Origin: the human T2T-CHM13v2.0 reference genome, Homo sapiens
DNA: 64,000 nt
Assembly: GCF_009914755.1 (NCBI RefSeq)
Contig: NC_060944.1
Strand: one strand, 5' to 3'
The translations under genes and the position numbers were made by a program. How positions within the stretch are numbered: position 1 is the stretch's first letter; each line of letters begins with the position of its first letter. Positions 1 to 16,579 of the stretch are shown here, piece by piece. Below the pieces are notes generated by a model. That model made no database searches. It was not told the DNA's origin and saw only the letters and a list, made by a program, of their open reading frames with translations.

Positions 1-828
1 ACCCGCATGCCTGCCCCCTGTCCCCTCCTCTGCGCCCAGGCAAAGTGGGTCGTGAAAATGCCCAGTTGGGGTAAATTTCATCCAAGCAGGAGGAATTCCA
101 TTTATGTAAAAATAGATGGGAAAAGCGTTCAGGCTCAAACAATCTTTGCCAAGACCGCATCGACAGGACTCCAGAGAGGATGAGCAGAATTCAGACGTAC
201 GTGGTGCCCAGCTCCAGCGGAGGAGACAGTCAGTCTTCGCCCAGGCGGCCAGGGCAGCAGCGGATTCCACGCGGGCGCTGTCCCTTCAGCACCTCCAGCA
301 CCATCCTCTCCCCGGAACCTGCAAGCCCAGCCCCTTCTCTGGTCTCCTCCAGGCAAGTAACCTCAAGGCCTCCCCAGTGTCCCACGTCACTGGGCTGCAC
401 TAAGCGACCAGAGAACATGAAGATTGTACTGCCAGAACTGGCTGCTCCTGCCGATCAAGGCCAGCTCATCTGTCCCCAAAGTCCTCTGGTGGGCTCCCTC
501 CCCAGCAGAAAGCAAACCACAGGGGCTGTGACCGCCTACTGCCCGGGCTCCCCCGGGCTTCCCGAACTGTCCTTCTCCCTGGAGCCTGGCGCAGAGAGGG
601 GCCCAGAGTCAATGGTTGTTGGAGGACAAACTGAAGCACATCTGGGTCACTGCCAGGGAGAACCCACAGGGTAACCCTGCCCATATGGTGCTGGTCACAG
701 AGCAGACTCGGTGCCCTCCAGAACCCACGCCTGTGCTCTCCCTCAGGTGCAGGTGCAGTCCTGCTGGGTCATGACTCCAGTCTCACAGGCTCGGCACTGG
801 AATGGTGGGACCAAAAGTGAAAAACCGA

Positions 829-2042
<1,214 letters not shown>

Positions 2043-2289
2043 TCAGCAGCGGGATCGGGGAGGCGGGGACTGCCACTGTGAGTTTGTGCAAGACGGCTAC
2101 ATGGTGCTGGTGGCCCCCGCGGGTTGTGGCCCCTGCTAGAACAGGCCAGATTTTATGCTCTTTTGACGCTGTGCTGTCATGGGTGGGATCTGTGCCCAGG
2201 TGCTCAGCTTCACCTGCGTTCTGAGGGCCTCGGCACCAGTGACAATAGCCCCTGCGGACACTGGAAAGCAGGGCCTCCCAGGCCACCAC

Positions 2290-2591
2290 CCCGTGCCTCC
2301 CAGTGGAAATGGAGGGAGCTGCTTCCCCGTCACTGCGCCTTCAGAAAAACAGACGACCCCACAGAGGCCTGGAGGAACAAGATTTAATCTGGGGAAATGA
2401 GGAGATGAGGAGAGACAGGTTCTCAGTCATCTCACCTGGGCCCGTGCCTCCCGGTGGAAACGGAGGGAGCTGCTTCCCCGTCACTGCACCTTCAGAAAAA
2501 CAGACGACCCCACAGAGGCCTGGAGGAGGAACAACATTTAATTTGGGGAAATGAGATGAGGAGAGACAGGTTCTCAGTCATCTCACCTGGG
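2290..2591. repeat. Tandem duplication, 2 x 151 bp
   Basis: 2290-2440 and 2441-2591 nearly identical (CCCGTGCCTCCC...CATCTCACCTGGG). Confidence 0.95.
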
Positions 2592-4271
2592 CCAGAGCTG
2601 CTGCGGGTTTAACCCTGTAATTTGGGCGACAGGAAGTGCCTCCCCAGACAGGGAGGCCCAGCCCCCCCAAAGGAATTTTACATTATTAGGAGGAGGAAGG
2701 GCTGTATTTATCCGCTTGCGGGGGAGCAGGGGAGTGAGGAAAAGATTTAAGATATGAAAGCATTGATTTTTTTTAACATCTTACACTAAAGTCAATAAAA
2801 ATTTAATTTACAGTTTTTTCTAAAGGACCAAGGCTCTCAATAAGCTTCCCTAGCCCCTGGCAAGCCGGCTAATTGCATGAGGGAGTTGACTTGTACTTCC
2901 CAGCCACCAATAATACCGTCAATTGAGGAGCCCGTGGTCAGCTGTGACGGCTGGGGAGCTACGGTGGCTCCGGAGGCATCCGGAAAGGGCAGAAATCCAC
3001 CTGTAGCTCTGGGACCTCGAGGGAACTCTCTGCTTGATGCTGTGCCGTGGCATCCCCAAACCCCATATGTTGTCATCTCTGGTCCACAGGTGTCACAGGT
3101 GGCCTCCCACACGCCCCCTCCTATGCCTTCAGGCAAATGGAGAAGCTGTGGCAATCGTCCCCGTTCTGTGGCAGATATATCGTGAGGAACGCAGGCGCCA
3201 CGCTCACTCGTGGGAGAGACCAGGCCCCACCGTGGATCTACACATCCAGACTCCCTGGCACCTCGACGCTACCCAAATGCTTTCCTCATCAAGGCCTCCT
3301 CGCTCCTGAGACCTGGCCCTGCCACACGCTCCAAGACCACCGACCCCTCTGCCCCCGTCCTCCCTTCCTGGGCACACTGCCACCCCGACATCCCTGAGCA
3401 GGCAAGGAGCTCTTGCATTTGCTGTCTCCTCTGCTCACCAGGATGGCAGACACTGCTTCTTCTCAGGGAGGCCCTGGCGCGGGGTCCCCTCCCCACCTTC
3501 TCTGGAGCTGGTCCTCATCCCGATGGGAAACTGTTTTGCCTGGCGCTGCTGCCCCACTGCACAGAGCGCACAAGGTGTGGGGGGAGGGGTGGGCACAGAC
3601 ACTCACAGCCCCACCTAGCCCAAGGAAGGTGCATGTCAACCTGTCAGATGACAGATGGCCACTTTGACCTGGGGCTGGACGTCGCTGGAGCCCCCAGCCA
3701 GATGTGGCCTCAGTCACAGGCCTGGGGCTTGTGTGGCTCAGGGCTGCCGGGGAGACCCCAAGAGGACATGGGCAGCTGGAGCTCAGGACTAGCGGAGCGG
3801 CCAGACGTCCTGCCCATGCAGGCTGCATCTGTGCCCTGGCTGCCCACCCACCAACGTCCTGCCCACGCTCACCAGGGCCTTGCTTGGCCAGATGTCCAGT
3901 AGGCTTTGGGCGGGGCCATCCAGCCTTGGCAAGGCCCATGGACTGTCACAGCCCTCCCCACCCCACATCCAGGACAAGGTCATCTAGCGCCACACCAGGT
4001 GGATGGTTCAGAAAGGCTGGGTTCTCCAAGCTGCACACCAGAGGCTGCACAGAGCTGAAGTCCGGCGAGTCCCAAGGCTCCCAGGGCGGCCCGCTGCCCC
4101 ACACCCTCCGGCAAACACGAAGGCGCCACCCTCGGCACCCAGCAGCATCTGCCTCAGCCCCTGCAGAGGGCGGCGCTGGTGTGGGCTGCAGAGAGTATGG
4201 CCCGCAGGCAGCCGCCATGGGCCTGCCCGAGCTGAGTGGCTTTCAGCAGACCAGGCGGCCACTCAGGCCTG

Positions 4272-4620
4272 CGTGGACTGGATGTGTCCCCAGAATCCAC
4301 ATGCTGAAACCCTCACTCCAGTGTGATGGTGTTAGGAGAGGGGGCCTTTGGGGGTGACTGGGTCAGGAGGGTGGAGCCCTCGGAAGAGGACCAGCACCCT
4401 CAGGGGAAGAGACACGGGCGCTGGGTTCCCTTCTCTGCTTCGTGCCATGTGGGGACATGGGAAGGCATCGTCTGCAAGCCAGGAAGCCGGCCCTCACAGA
4501 ACCGAGTCTGCCCGCTCCTTGATCTTGACCTCTGGCTTCCAGAACTGTGAGAAATAAATTTCTGTTGTTTAAGGCACCAAGTCAAAGTTACTCTGTTGTA
4601 GTTGCCCAAGTGAGACAGAA
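4272..4620 (+). mobile_element. MaLR LTR (MLT1A-like)
   Basis: Typical 3' end CCAGAACTGTGAGAAATAAATTTCTGTTGTTTAAG. Confidence 0.75.
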
Positions 4621-4730
4621 CCTCATGCTACCCAGACAAGTGGAGAGAGTCAGCCCCCACCCCACGGGAGGGTGGGGATGGGAGCGAGACAGCGAGAGCC
4701 TTATTCTGAGAGGGCGTCAGGAGGAGGGCA

Positions 4731-4983
4731 GGAAGGTGCCCAGGTGAGTCAATTTCCCGGCTTGGACACGCCCCTCTTCCCTGGTCTCACACAGGAAGGT
4801 GCCCAGGTGAGTCCAGTTCCCGGCTCGGACACGCCCCTCTTCCCTGGTCTCTCTCGGGAAGGTGCCCAGGTGAGTCCAGTTCCCGGCTCGGACACGCCCC
4901 TCTTCCCTGGTCTCGTGCGGGAAGTTGCCCAGGTGAGTCCAGTTCCTGGCTCGGACACGCCCCTCTTCCCTGGTCTCTCACAG
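4731..4983. repeat. VNTR, 4 x 63 bp
   Basis: GGAAG unit starts at 4731, 4794, 4857, 4920. Confidence 0.95.
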
Positions 4984-5123
4984 ATCCTCCCACTGGTTGA
5001 ATTGAAGAGAGCATGATGTGTCCATCCCTGCGGCTCGGACGAGCTGGCCCCATCCTGGAGACCAGCCTTTTGCTTAATCACACTTCCTGGCATCCCACCT
5101 ACAGAGATGAAATCCATTTAGGT

Positions 5124-5343
5124 CAATTGCTCTCACCCAGGGGTTTTGTTCCCAAGGGAGCATCTAGAGAGTCTGGAGACAGTTTTGGTCGTCACAGCAG
5201 AGGGGCAGATGGTATGGCATCCAGTGGGTGGAGGCCAGGGGGGTGGGGGGGCACCAAGCACCCTGCAGGGCACAGGGCAGCCCCCACAGAGCACAGCGTC
5301 ATCCAGCCCCAATGCCAGTCATGCTGACATTAAGAAAACATGG
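5124..5343 (+). mobile_element. MER20 (hAT-Charlie) relic
   Basis: GTCTGGAGACAGTTTTGGTCGTCAC...GGCATCCAGTGGGTGGAGGCCAGGG resembles the MER20 consensus. Confidence 0.7.
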
Positions 5344-5348
5344 TGTAA

Positions 5349-6018
<670 letters not shown>

Positions 6019-7657
6019 TCACATTTTAGCATGAAACAGCATAAATAAATGGACTTCCTCCCAAGAGTTCCTGAATATGTAAGCCAAGGGCTGAGAATCT
6101 TCTTGAGAAAGGAGCCAGGAGTCCGGGCACTGGGTGGGGGAGCACCCAAGGAGTGAGGTTGGGTCGGGGCAGCAGTGGAGTTCAGCAAAGGAATCCTGGG
6201 CGTTCTGCATTGCTGGTTCCTAGCCTGATGGAAAAATGCTGCTTTTACATCATCGCAGGACACTGGAGCCATTGCTGTGTTTCACTCACTGTGAGCTTAG
6301 TTTGTGTGGCTCTGGGCAGCTGCAGGATCTCTCCGCACCTCCGCCTCTTTACCTGTGATGTGGGGGTGCTGACCATAGATAGACAATTGCGGTGATGGAG
6401 GAAGGGCGCAAGGTTTGTAAAGAGTCTCCAGCGGTGGCAGGAGGAGGCGTCACGTGAGCGGGAAGGTGAAGATGCTGAGTCAGCTCCTGGCTGCCCCATG
6501 GGTACCGCACCCCGCTGTGTGCCACCCGCCTCACACCCAAGATGAAGGCCTGGGTGTCGGGAGATGCAGAGTAAAGACAGAGCAGTGGGAGGCAGTTAAG
6601 GCCCCTAAAGTGCCAGAAACCCCCACCCCTGGAGGCAGCCACAGCCTCTGGGGAGGGCGGGGCCACAGGGACCCTTTTATACTTAAAGGTTCCTCCCCAC
6701 ACCCTGAAGGGTAAAAGGTTTACAGAGACTAGGAAATGGAGAGAGGAGATCTTACAGCCTCCCACCGTGGGACTCAGTGGATTTCTCCTTCCCCCTCGCC
6801 CGTTCCCTCCAACTGCCCAGTTCAGCACCGCCCCCTCCCCCCAGGCAGCTGAGCCCTGGAACCCCACAGCTGGCAGCTCGCTTGGCCTGACCTGGCTTCA
6901 GACAGTGGCTGGCAGGATCCTCATAGCCAGAGCCTGGGGCAGAACTGCCAGCCCATGACAGGCTGTGTGGCAGAGCCTGGGGCTCCTTCCCCCTAGATGT
7001 TCAGGGAGTGGGCAGGGCAGGGGGCGTGGGTTTCTGCCCCTCCAACCCCTCCAGGCTGGTCCTGCCTGGGAGCTCTGCCTCCTGCCACACCCACGGCTCC
7101 AGTCCTGTCCCTGCAGGAGGCCCGCAGGCTCTTAGGAACTGCTGTCCTGCAGCAGGAGGCCTGCAACCAGGCCCCACGTCTGGGCAGGGGGTCCAGGGGC
7201 AACGGCTTCCTTCCTGCTCCCACCCCACACCATCCAGGGCCCAGACCCTCTCTCCCCTCCTCTGGGTGTTGGTGCCTCCTGCCCCTGCCTCGGAGCCCCC
7301 ACAGACCAAGCCAGGGCCCTGATTTGGGGCCGCTGACCCCACCTGCATCTGCTCTCCATCCTGGAGCTGTTCTCAGCCTCACACATCCTCCTCAGGGTCT
7401 TCCCCACCTCCCCCAGCCGACCCCCAAAGTAAGATGCCAGAGCGGCATGAAGCCAGGAAATAAGCCAGACCCCACAGCTCCTCCAAAGACCCCTGACGCT
7501 CCTGGTTGACCCTCTCATGGGGACGGGGCTTCTCTCCCCTCAGCAGAGCCAGGAGCTGCCTCAAGGCCCATGCACCTGCCAGTCCAGCCTGTCCCCCGGG
7601 CTGCCTTCTCCCTCCCTGGCTTCTGGATAGGGACCGTTGCCCAGTGCTTCCTGAGTC

Positions 7658-7671
7658 CAGCCACCTGGTGG
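7658..7671 (-). promoter_or_regulatory. CTCF-like motif
   Basis: Minus strand reads CCACCAGGTGGCTG. Confidence 0.45.
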
Positions 7672-8323
7672 GCACCCCCAGAGACTCAGCCCTGACTCCA
7701 GGCGGCCAGCCGGCAGCACAGGTACAGCCGGATGCCCGACACACAGACATGCAGGCACAAATGAACAGACGCACGAGCACATACATCCTGACCGTTTCCA
7801 GGGGCTCCAGGACACCCCGCCAAGTTCTCCCCTGCACCCCACACAGCCACCCACAGGTATGCACAGCTCACCCAGGTCACACACACGCACCAGGGTATGG
7901 ATGTAACCCTGTGCCTGCAGCCCCACTCCGGGACACACTAAGTCACCCACAAGGACAGTCATTCCCACAGTCACAGCACATGGGAAATCCCCGGGGTCCC
8001 ATTGTGGAGGCCTGACCGGCTGCCGCAAAGCCCAGCCCCTTGGCAGGGAGCCCAGAAGCCGCTGCTCAAACCCAGGACTGCCAGGGGCACCCAGGCCCTT
8101 CCAGCCACGCTGGGAACCTGCACGGGGTGGGAAGGTCCTTCCCGCCTGGGTTACAGGAGGGCACCGGGAGCCCGGGAGAGACAAGGGCAAGGGACAGATG
8201 GCATTCGGCCACTCAGCAGGGCCCCACAGCCTCTCGAGGCCTCAGGAATTTTTCGGTGACGTGCAAAGTGCAGACCGAAGCCGCCAACAGGGCGTCTTGG
8301 CGGACTCTGTTTTAAATTATTCA

Positions 8324-8620
<297 letters not shown>

Positions 8621-9294
8621 TTATTCACCAACCCAAGTAGGGTGGAGCTCCTTCCGCCACCCATGCCCTCCCTGACTTCAGGACCTGCTCTGGGGCCTCA
8701 GCGGCCCCAGGACTGACCCTGAGTCCCAGTGGCCGCCAGTCAGAGCCACTCTCTGGGCCTTGGCGCCCCCTTCAGCCAGACAGCAGCCCAGGTGTCCAGC
8801 CAGCTGCAAGCATCCATCAACACCCCGCTGGGGCCCTGAGGCTGCACGGTCCCACCCTTGCAGGGCTCCAGGGCACTGTCTGCCTGTGGTCCCCTGCCCT
8901 CACCCCGGCCACCGCCCTCCAGCTGTCCTCAGGCTCCCCAAGCCGACACCCACGGAGCGTTCTGTCCTGACCCCAACCCCAGTGAGCTCTGCCCCTCCCC
9001 ACCCCCCTACCCCCACCTGCTATGGGGAAAAACCCACCCTCCTCTGGGCCCCAGGGAGCAGCTAGAGCTCACACCTCCACTGCAGCCCCTGTTCAGGGAG
9101 CTGGAGAGGCAGCCGCAGAGGCCGCGTGAGGCCGTGGTTTCCTTTCATCCTGGCCCGACCCTCAGGGCAGGTGCCACACAACCCCCTTTCACCGATGGAG
9201 AAGGGGCACCGCGGCGTCTCTGGCCCCATTGCCTGGCCTCAGGTGCCAGAGCTGGGACCCCACCCCTCGCCTTCCCCACTGCTCCGCCGCCTAA

Positions 9295-9580
9295 AGCCTC
9301 GGTTCACAAAGCACGGTCCAGGCCCCCCGGGGCTCCCGAGAACCTTCGAGAAAGCCCCAAGGTCAAAATCTGTTTTCACAATAATGCCAAGGCTTCTCTC
9401 TCCCGTCCTGGCTTGGACAGTGGAGTTCTCAGAGGCCATAAGAGGTGTGACACTCCCCTGCTTTCTCGTGTCTTAAATATCCACACGTTTAGTTTCTAGC
9501 ATACTAAACAGTGGCAGATGCAACCTCCCTGACATTTAACACTGTGCAAGGGTCCTAACACGAAAGCTCTGAGCATTACT
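9295..9580. mobile_element. Degenerate hAT-Charlie-like DNA transposon fragment
   Basis: AAGGTCAAAATCTGTTTTCACAATAATGCCAAG resembles Charlie1/MER106-type sequence. Confidence 0.4.
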
Positions 9581-10593
9581 GTCCTGGAGGCAACGCAGAG
9601 CTCTGCCTGGTGTCCCCCCAGCCCCCCTTCCTGATTAACGAGCACAGCTTGCTTCCCTGGGTCTCTCACCCGCCAGAAGCTCCTCCTGCCCTCGGTGGGT
9701 CTCTCACCTGCCAGAAGCTCCTCTGCCCTCGGTGTGGGTGGCACCAGAACTCCCCAGAGACCGAGGGCTGGGGACCCCAGGGCGGCTTTGGCCAAGCCCC
9801 TGCCCTCCCCAGAGCTGACAGTGGGCTGGACACAGGGTATCCCCTGTCCGGCATCCAGCAGGGCAATCCTGGCACCCTGTGGGTGCTGCCCCCACCCACG
9901 ATGGACACCAGGAGCCCAGTCCCAGATCCTGGCCTCCTCCAGCCACTGCCGGTCCCCACCCCACAGCCCCCCACCTGAGCACGAGGGGCGCAGCAAGGCC
10001 CGGAGCCCTGCCAGGCATCAGACCCAAGGACTTGGGCCTGCCTTCATTACCCCAGAAGGGGAGCCGAGGTCAGAGACCCTCCCAGGAGACCCACCCTCCA
10101 GGCTACCACGGCCAGGACTCTCATCTGCTGGGGACCCCAGTGGGAACAGGGAGTGCTCCCATCTCTCTGCCCTCCCTGTGCTCCTCCCCACCCCAGAAAC
10201 ACACCCACCTGGAGGGGGCCCTGTGGCCCCAGCACAGACCATGGCAGGCAGGCTGGGCTTGCCCCCCACCAGCAGTGCCTGGTGACCAAGGCTGCCAGAG
10301 TCATCCAGAGTTAGCAACTGCAACTGGGACATGGGGGTGAGGGGACCCCTGAGCACCTCAGGGACCACCCAAGGGGGATTCCTGCAACTCCAGCTGGGGG
10401 CTGTTTTTCACTTTTGTCCCATCTCAGGCTGGCAAATTTCTCCCATTTGGCCCCAGTTCTAGCCAGGTCACGTGTGAAAGGACAACTTCCTTCCAGACAG
10501 GCCCTGCAGGTCCCACTAGGCCCCTCCCATCTATGTGGCCCCACAGAGGCCCAGGATGGGCCAGGGTCCATCAGGAACACCTGTGTCCTTGGG

Positions 10594-10760
10594 TAGGGCC
10601 ACCAGATAAAACACAGGACACCCAGTCAGATCAGAATTTTAGATAAATAAGGAGTACCATTTTTGTGTAAATATGCCCCAAATATTTTACAGTAAACAAT
10701 TATTTGATATATATCCAAAGTCCCGACGTGACTGAGTCCTGTATCCCCTCCTTGGAGGCC
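10594..10760. mobile_element. MER53-like palindromic MITE
   Basis: TAGGG..CCAGATAAAACACAGGACACCCAGT at left, ACTGAGTCCTGTAT at right. Confidence 0.7.
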
Positions 10761-11009
10761 TCGTGGCTCTGATGTTCGTGGGTTCAAATCCTCCCCATCT
10801 GGGGCCTTGGGCTGCCAGCACCACCTGGGGGCCCAAACTCCCTGGTTGCTCCACTCTTCCTCCCATTCTACCTCCCTTTTGTGTGGGTTTGAGGGACCCC
10901 ACTTTGGGAATGGAGGGAGACACGAGCAGGCCCTCCAAGGGCGCCCCTAGACAGTGCCCCCATCACCACTGCCTGTCACCTGGGCTGCCTCGTTTCCGTC
11001 CTCACCTAG

Positions 11010-11430
11010 CACAGTGGGTCCAACATGCCCCAAGGGTATCAGGACCTCAACCCTGGAATCTGTGGCTGACTCCATGTGGCAGGAAAGGATCTTGAAGATT
11101 TGGTTGAGGATGTTGAGATGGGGGCAATCCCAGATTATCCCAGGTGGGCCCTAAGTGCAGTCACTCGCATCCTCATGAGAAGGAGATTTGACACAGAGGA
11201 GGAGAGAGCAGTGTGGCGACAGAGGCAGAGACTGGAGTGACGCAGCCACAAGCCAAGGGGTGTCGGCAGCCACGGCAAGGGGTGAAGCAGGAAACCGACT
11301 CTCCTGGGGCCTCCAGAGGAGCAGAGCCCCATCGACACCTTGATTTCGGCGGGGAGGCTGGTTTTGGCCTGACCCCAGGAGGCCTCGCCATTTGCCGTCA
11401 TTGGTCGCAGCATCCCTAAGAGACTAACGC
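11010..11430 (+). mobile_element. MaLR LTR (MLT1C/D-like)
   Basis: GATTATCCCAGGTGGGCCCTAA...GCAGCCACAAGCCAAGG...GACACCTTGATTT. Confidence 0.75.
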
Positions 11431-11552
11431 GCTATGAGGCCCTGCGGTCAGCCTGCCTGCTCTGCGGAACCCTCCGAGTCAGGTACCCGGCTGCAGGCTG
11501 GGAGCTGGGGGCTGGGCGACAGAGAGGCCTGCCTCAGTGCTGTGTACAGGGT

Positions 11553-12803
11553 CAGGGAACCTGCCCACCCTCCACCCCACCCTCCCTGCATCCTCAGGGA
11601 ACCTGCCCATCCTCCACCCTGACCTCACCTGCATCCTCAGGGAACCTGCCCATCCTCCACCCTGACCTCACCTGCATCCTCAGGGAACCTGCCCATCCTC
11701 CACCCTGACCTCACCTGCATCCTCAGGGAACCTGCCCACCCTCCACCCAACCCTCCTCCGCATCCTCAGGGAACCTGCCCACCCTTCCCCCCGACCCTCC
11801 TCTGCATCCTCAGGGAACCTGCCCACCCTCCACCCGACCCTCCTCCGCATCCTCAGGGAACCTGCCCATCCTCCACCCTGACCTCACCTGCATCCTCAGG
11901 GAACCTGCCCACCCTCCACCCGACCCTCCTCTGCATCCTCAGGGAGCCTGCCCACCCTCCACCCCACCCTCCTCTGCATCCTCAGGGAACCTGCCCACCC
12001 TCCACCCCACCCTCCTCTGCATCCTCAGGGAGCCTGCCCACCCTCCACCCCACCCTCCTCTGCATCCTCAGGGAGCCTGCCCACCCTCCACCCCACCCTC
12101 CTCCGAATCCTCAGGGAACCTGCCCACCCTCCCCCCCGACCCTCCTCCGAATCCTCAGGGAACCTGCCCACCCTCCACCCCGACCCTCCTCCGCATCCTC
12201 AGGGAAGCTGCCCAACCTCCACCCCACCCTCCTCCGCATCCTCAAGGAACCTGCCCATCCTCCACCCCACCCTCCTCCGCATCCTCAGGGAACCTGCCCA
12301 TCCTCCACCCCACCCTCCTCCGCATCCTCAGGGAGCCTGCCCACCCTCCACCCCACCCTCCTCCGCATCCTCAGGGAACCTGCCCACCCTCCCCCCCGAC
12401 CCTCCTCTGTATCCTCAGGGAACCTGCCCACCCTCCACCCCACCCTCCTCCGCATCCTCAGGGAAGCTGCCCACCCTCCACCCTGACCCTCCTCTGCATC
12501 CTCAGGGAACCTGCCCATCCTCCACCCCACCCTCCTCTGCATCCTCAGGGAACCTGCCCATCCTCCACCCCACCCTCCTCCGCATCCTCAGGGAACCTGC
12601 CCACCCTCCACCCCACCCTCCTCCGCATCCTCAGGGAAGCTGCCCATCCTCCACCCTGACCCTCCTCCGCATCCTCAAGGAAGCTGCCCACCCTCCACCC
12701 TGACCCTCCTCCGCATCCTCAAGGAAGCTGCCCACCCTCCACCCTGACCCTCCTCTGCATCCTCAGGGAACCTGCTCACCCTCCACCCCGACCTTCACCT
12801 GCT
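11553..12803. repeat. Minisatellite, ~29 x 43-44 bp (CAGGGAACCTGCCCACCCTCCACCCCACCCTCCTCCGCATCCT)
   Basis: Unit starts counted from 11553 to 12764. Confidence 0.97.
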
Positions 12804-13520
12804 GCAGCATGACTGGCTGTGGGCCGGGGCCGCTTTCCCAGAGCAGGGAGGGGTGGAAAGGAGCTGTCCTCCCCTCTCCCCACCCCTCCACTCTTCCCAG
12901 CCAAGGTCGGGGCAGGTTCTAGCCCAGAGAGACTAGGGAAGACCCAAAGCCCCCAGCCCACTGACTGAAGTCACCAGCCTCCCGGGTTCGGGGGCTGGAG
13001 TTCCTACAACCATGTACAGAGGGCCTGGACCTGGGAGCAGGATGGATAGGTACAGGCTGCAGCCACAGGTGACCGGCTTAGCAGGAGAGTGAGACCAGGT
13101 GTGCAGGGCCAGGGGAAGAATGAGTGTGTGTGTGACAGTCACTCGCGGTGGAGGAGCCCTCAGCTCTCATGCGGCCCCCAGAGATCCCAAAACCCGCAGC
13201 CTGGTTCTGTGGATCTGAAGGCACCATTCTCTGCCCTGAGTAGCCATGGAGAAGCCCCTCACAGCCACCCAGGCCACCTGGCCTTCGGATGGGGTCTTGC
13301 TGCTGGGCCACGGCCTGGGGGACACCAGGCCCTCCTCAGCGAGCGCTCAGCGCTCACCCTGTGCAGCGCAGGAGACCACTCTTGCAGGCCCACCGCCCAC
13401 CCTGGGGTCCCCGGGCAGGGAGTGAAGGATGCTGGGCCGGCCACTTGGGCAGGGAGGGAGTCCGGGGGGCGCGGGGCCCACCCCCCAGCAGCAGGCGCAC
13501 ACGGCTCTGGGGTCGCTCAG

Positions 13521-13526
13521 TTTATT
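13521..13526 (-). terminator. EEF1A2 poly(A) signal AATAAA
   Basis: TTTATT on + strand, ~265 nt after the stop. Confidence 0.9.
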
Positions 13527-13789
13527 GGTAAAACGGGCACTGAGCGTGGCGAGCGCTGGGCGCGGAAGCCTGGGGCGGGGGCGCCTTTCCTCTTGAAGAA
13601 CTTCCACTGGACCTTGATGGCGAGCATCCAGTCGCTGACCGAGGGCCTCTGGCAAGCGGAGGTGCAGACATGCGCCTGGCGGGGGTGCGGGGCGCCGGAG
13701 CGGCGCGCGGGGCGGGGGCGGGGCGGGGGCCGGGCCGGGGTTCGGAGCGCGGCGCCGCCGGGGAGGGTCGCGCCGCGGGCGCCCGCGCT

Positions 13790-14029
<240 letters not shown>

Positions 14030-14365
14030 TTAGCGCAGAGCGCGCCCCTGTGAAGACGGCCGGCCTCGCGGGAGTCCTGCCTGGGCGGCTGCTCCACGGT
14101 CTGCGGGGCGGCCACGGGGCGGGGGCAGCCCTAACGCTGCCACTGGGCGACCGCGGGCCTTCCTCACTCGCGGGGCCTCCCTCACTTTCGGGGCCTCGTC
14201 TGCACACAGGGCCCACCCCAGCTCGTCTGGGCAGGGTCACCTGCACTCAGTGACACGGAGGCCGTGGCTCTCCTGCCATGCTCTGGGCCAAGCTCCGCAG
14301 GAAAGGGGGCCCACTGCTGTCCCCAGCGCCCCATCCCCGCAGTCCTCTGCCCTCAGCCTGGATCA

Positions 14366-14779
<414 letters not shown>

Positions 14780-14937
14780 TCAGGCTCTGAGGACCCAGCC
14801 CCCAGACCTGAACCTCAACATCCTCATTAAGCAAAAGATAAACAACTGAGATTCATTGTTTCGAAGGGGCAGGGGCAGCACTTACACGGCCAACCCCAGC
14901 TGGAACTAAGGCGGGGGGGTGACAAAACTGGACCTCA

Positions 14938-15856
<919 letters not shown>

Positions 15857-15907
15857 TGAGGGTCCGGTTTTCTCCCCACGCCAGGCCACCTGCCGACAGC
15901 AGCCTCA

Positions 15908-16579
<672 letters not shown>

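Noticed and set aside
1-800. KCNQ2 first exon
   Set aside because: No KCNQ2 coding sequence or CpG-island core is visible; it should lie outside the window
11553-12803. Regular repeat arrays (also 34053, 38894, 62441) resembling CRISPR
   Set aside because: Head-to-tail units with no unique spacers, no cas genes, eukaryotic context
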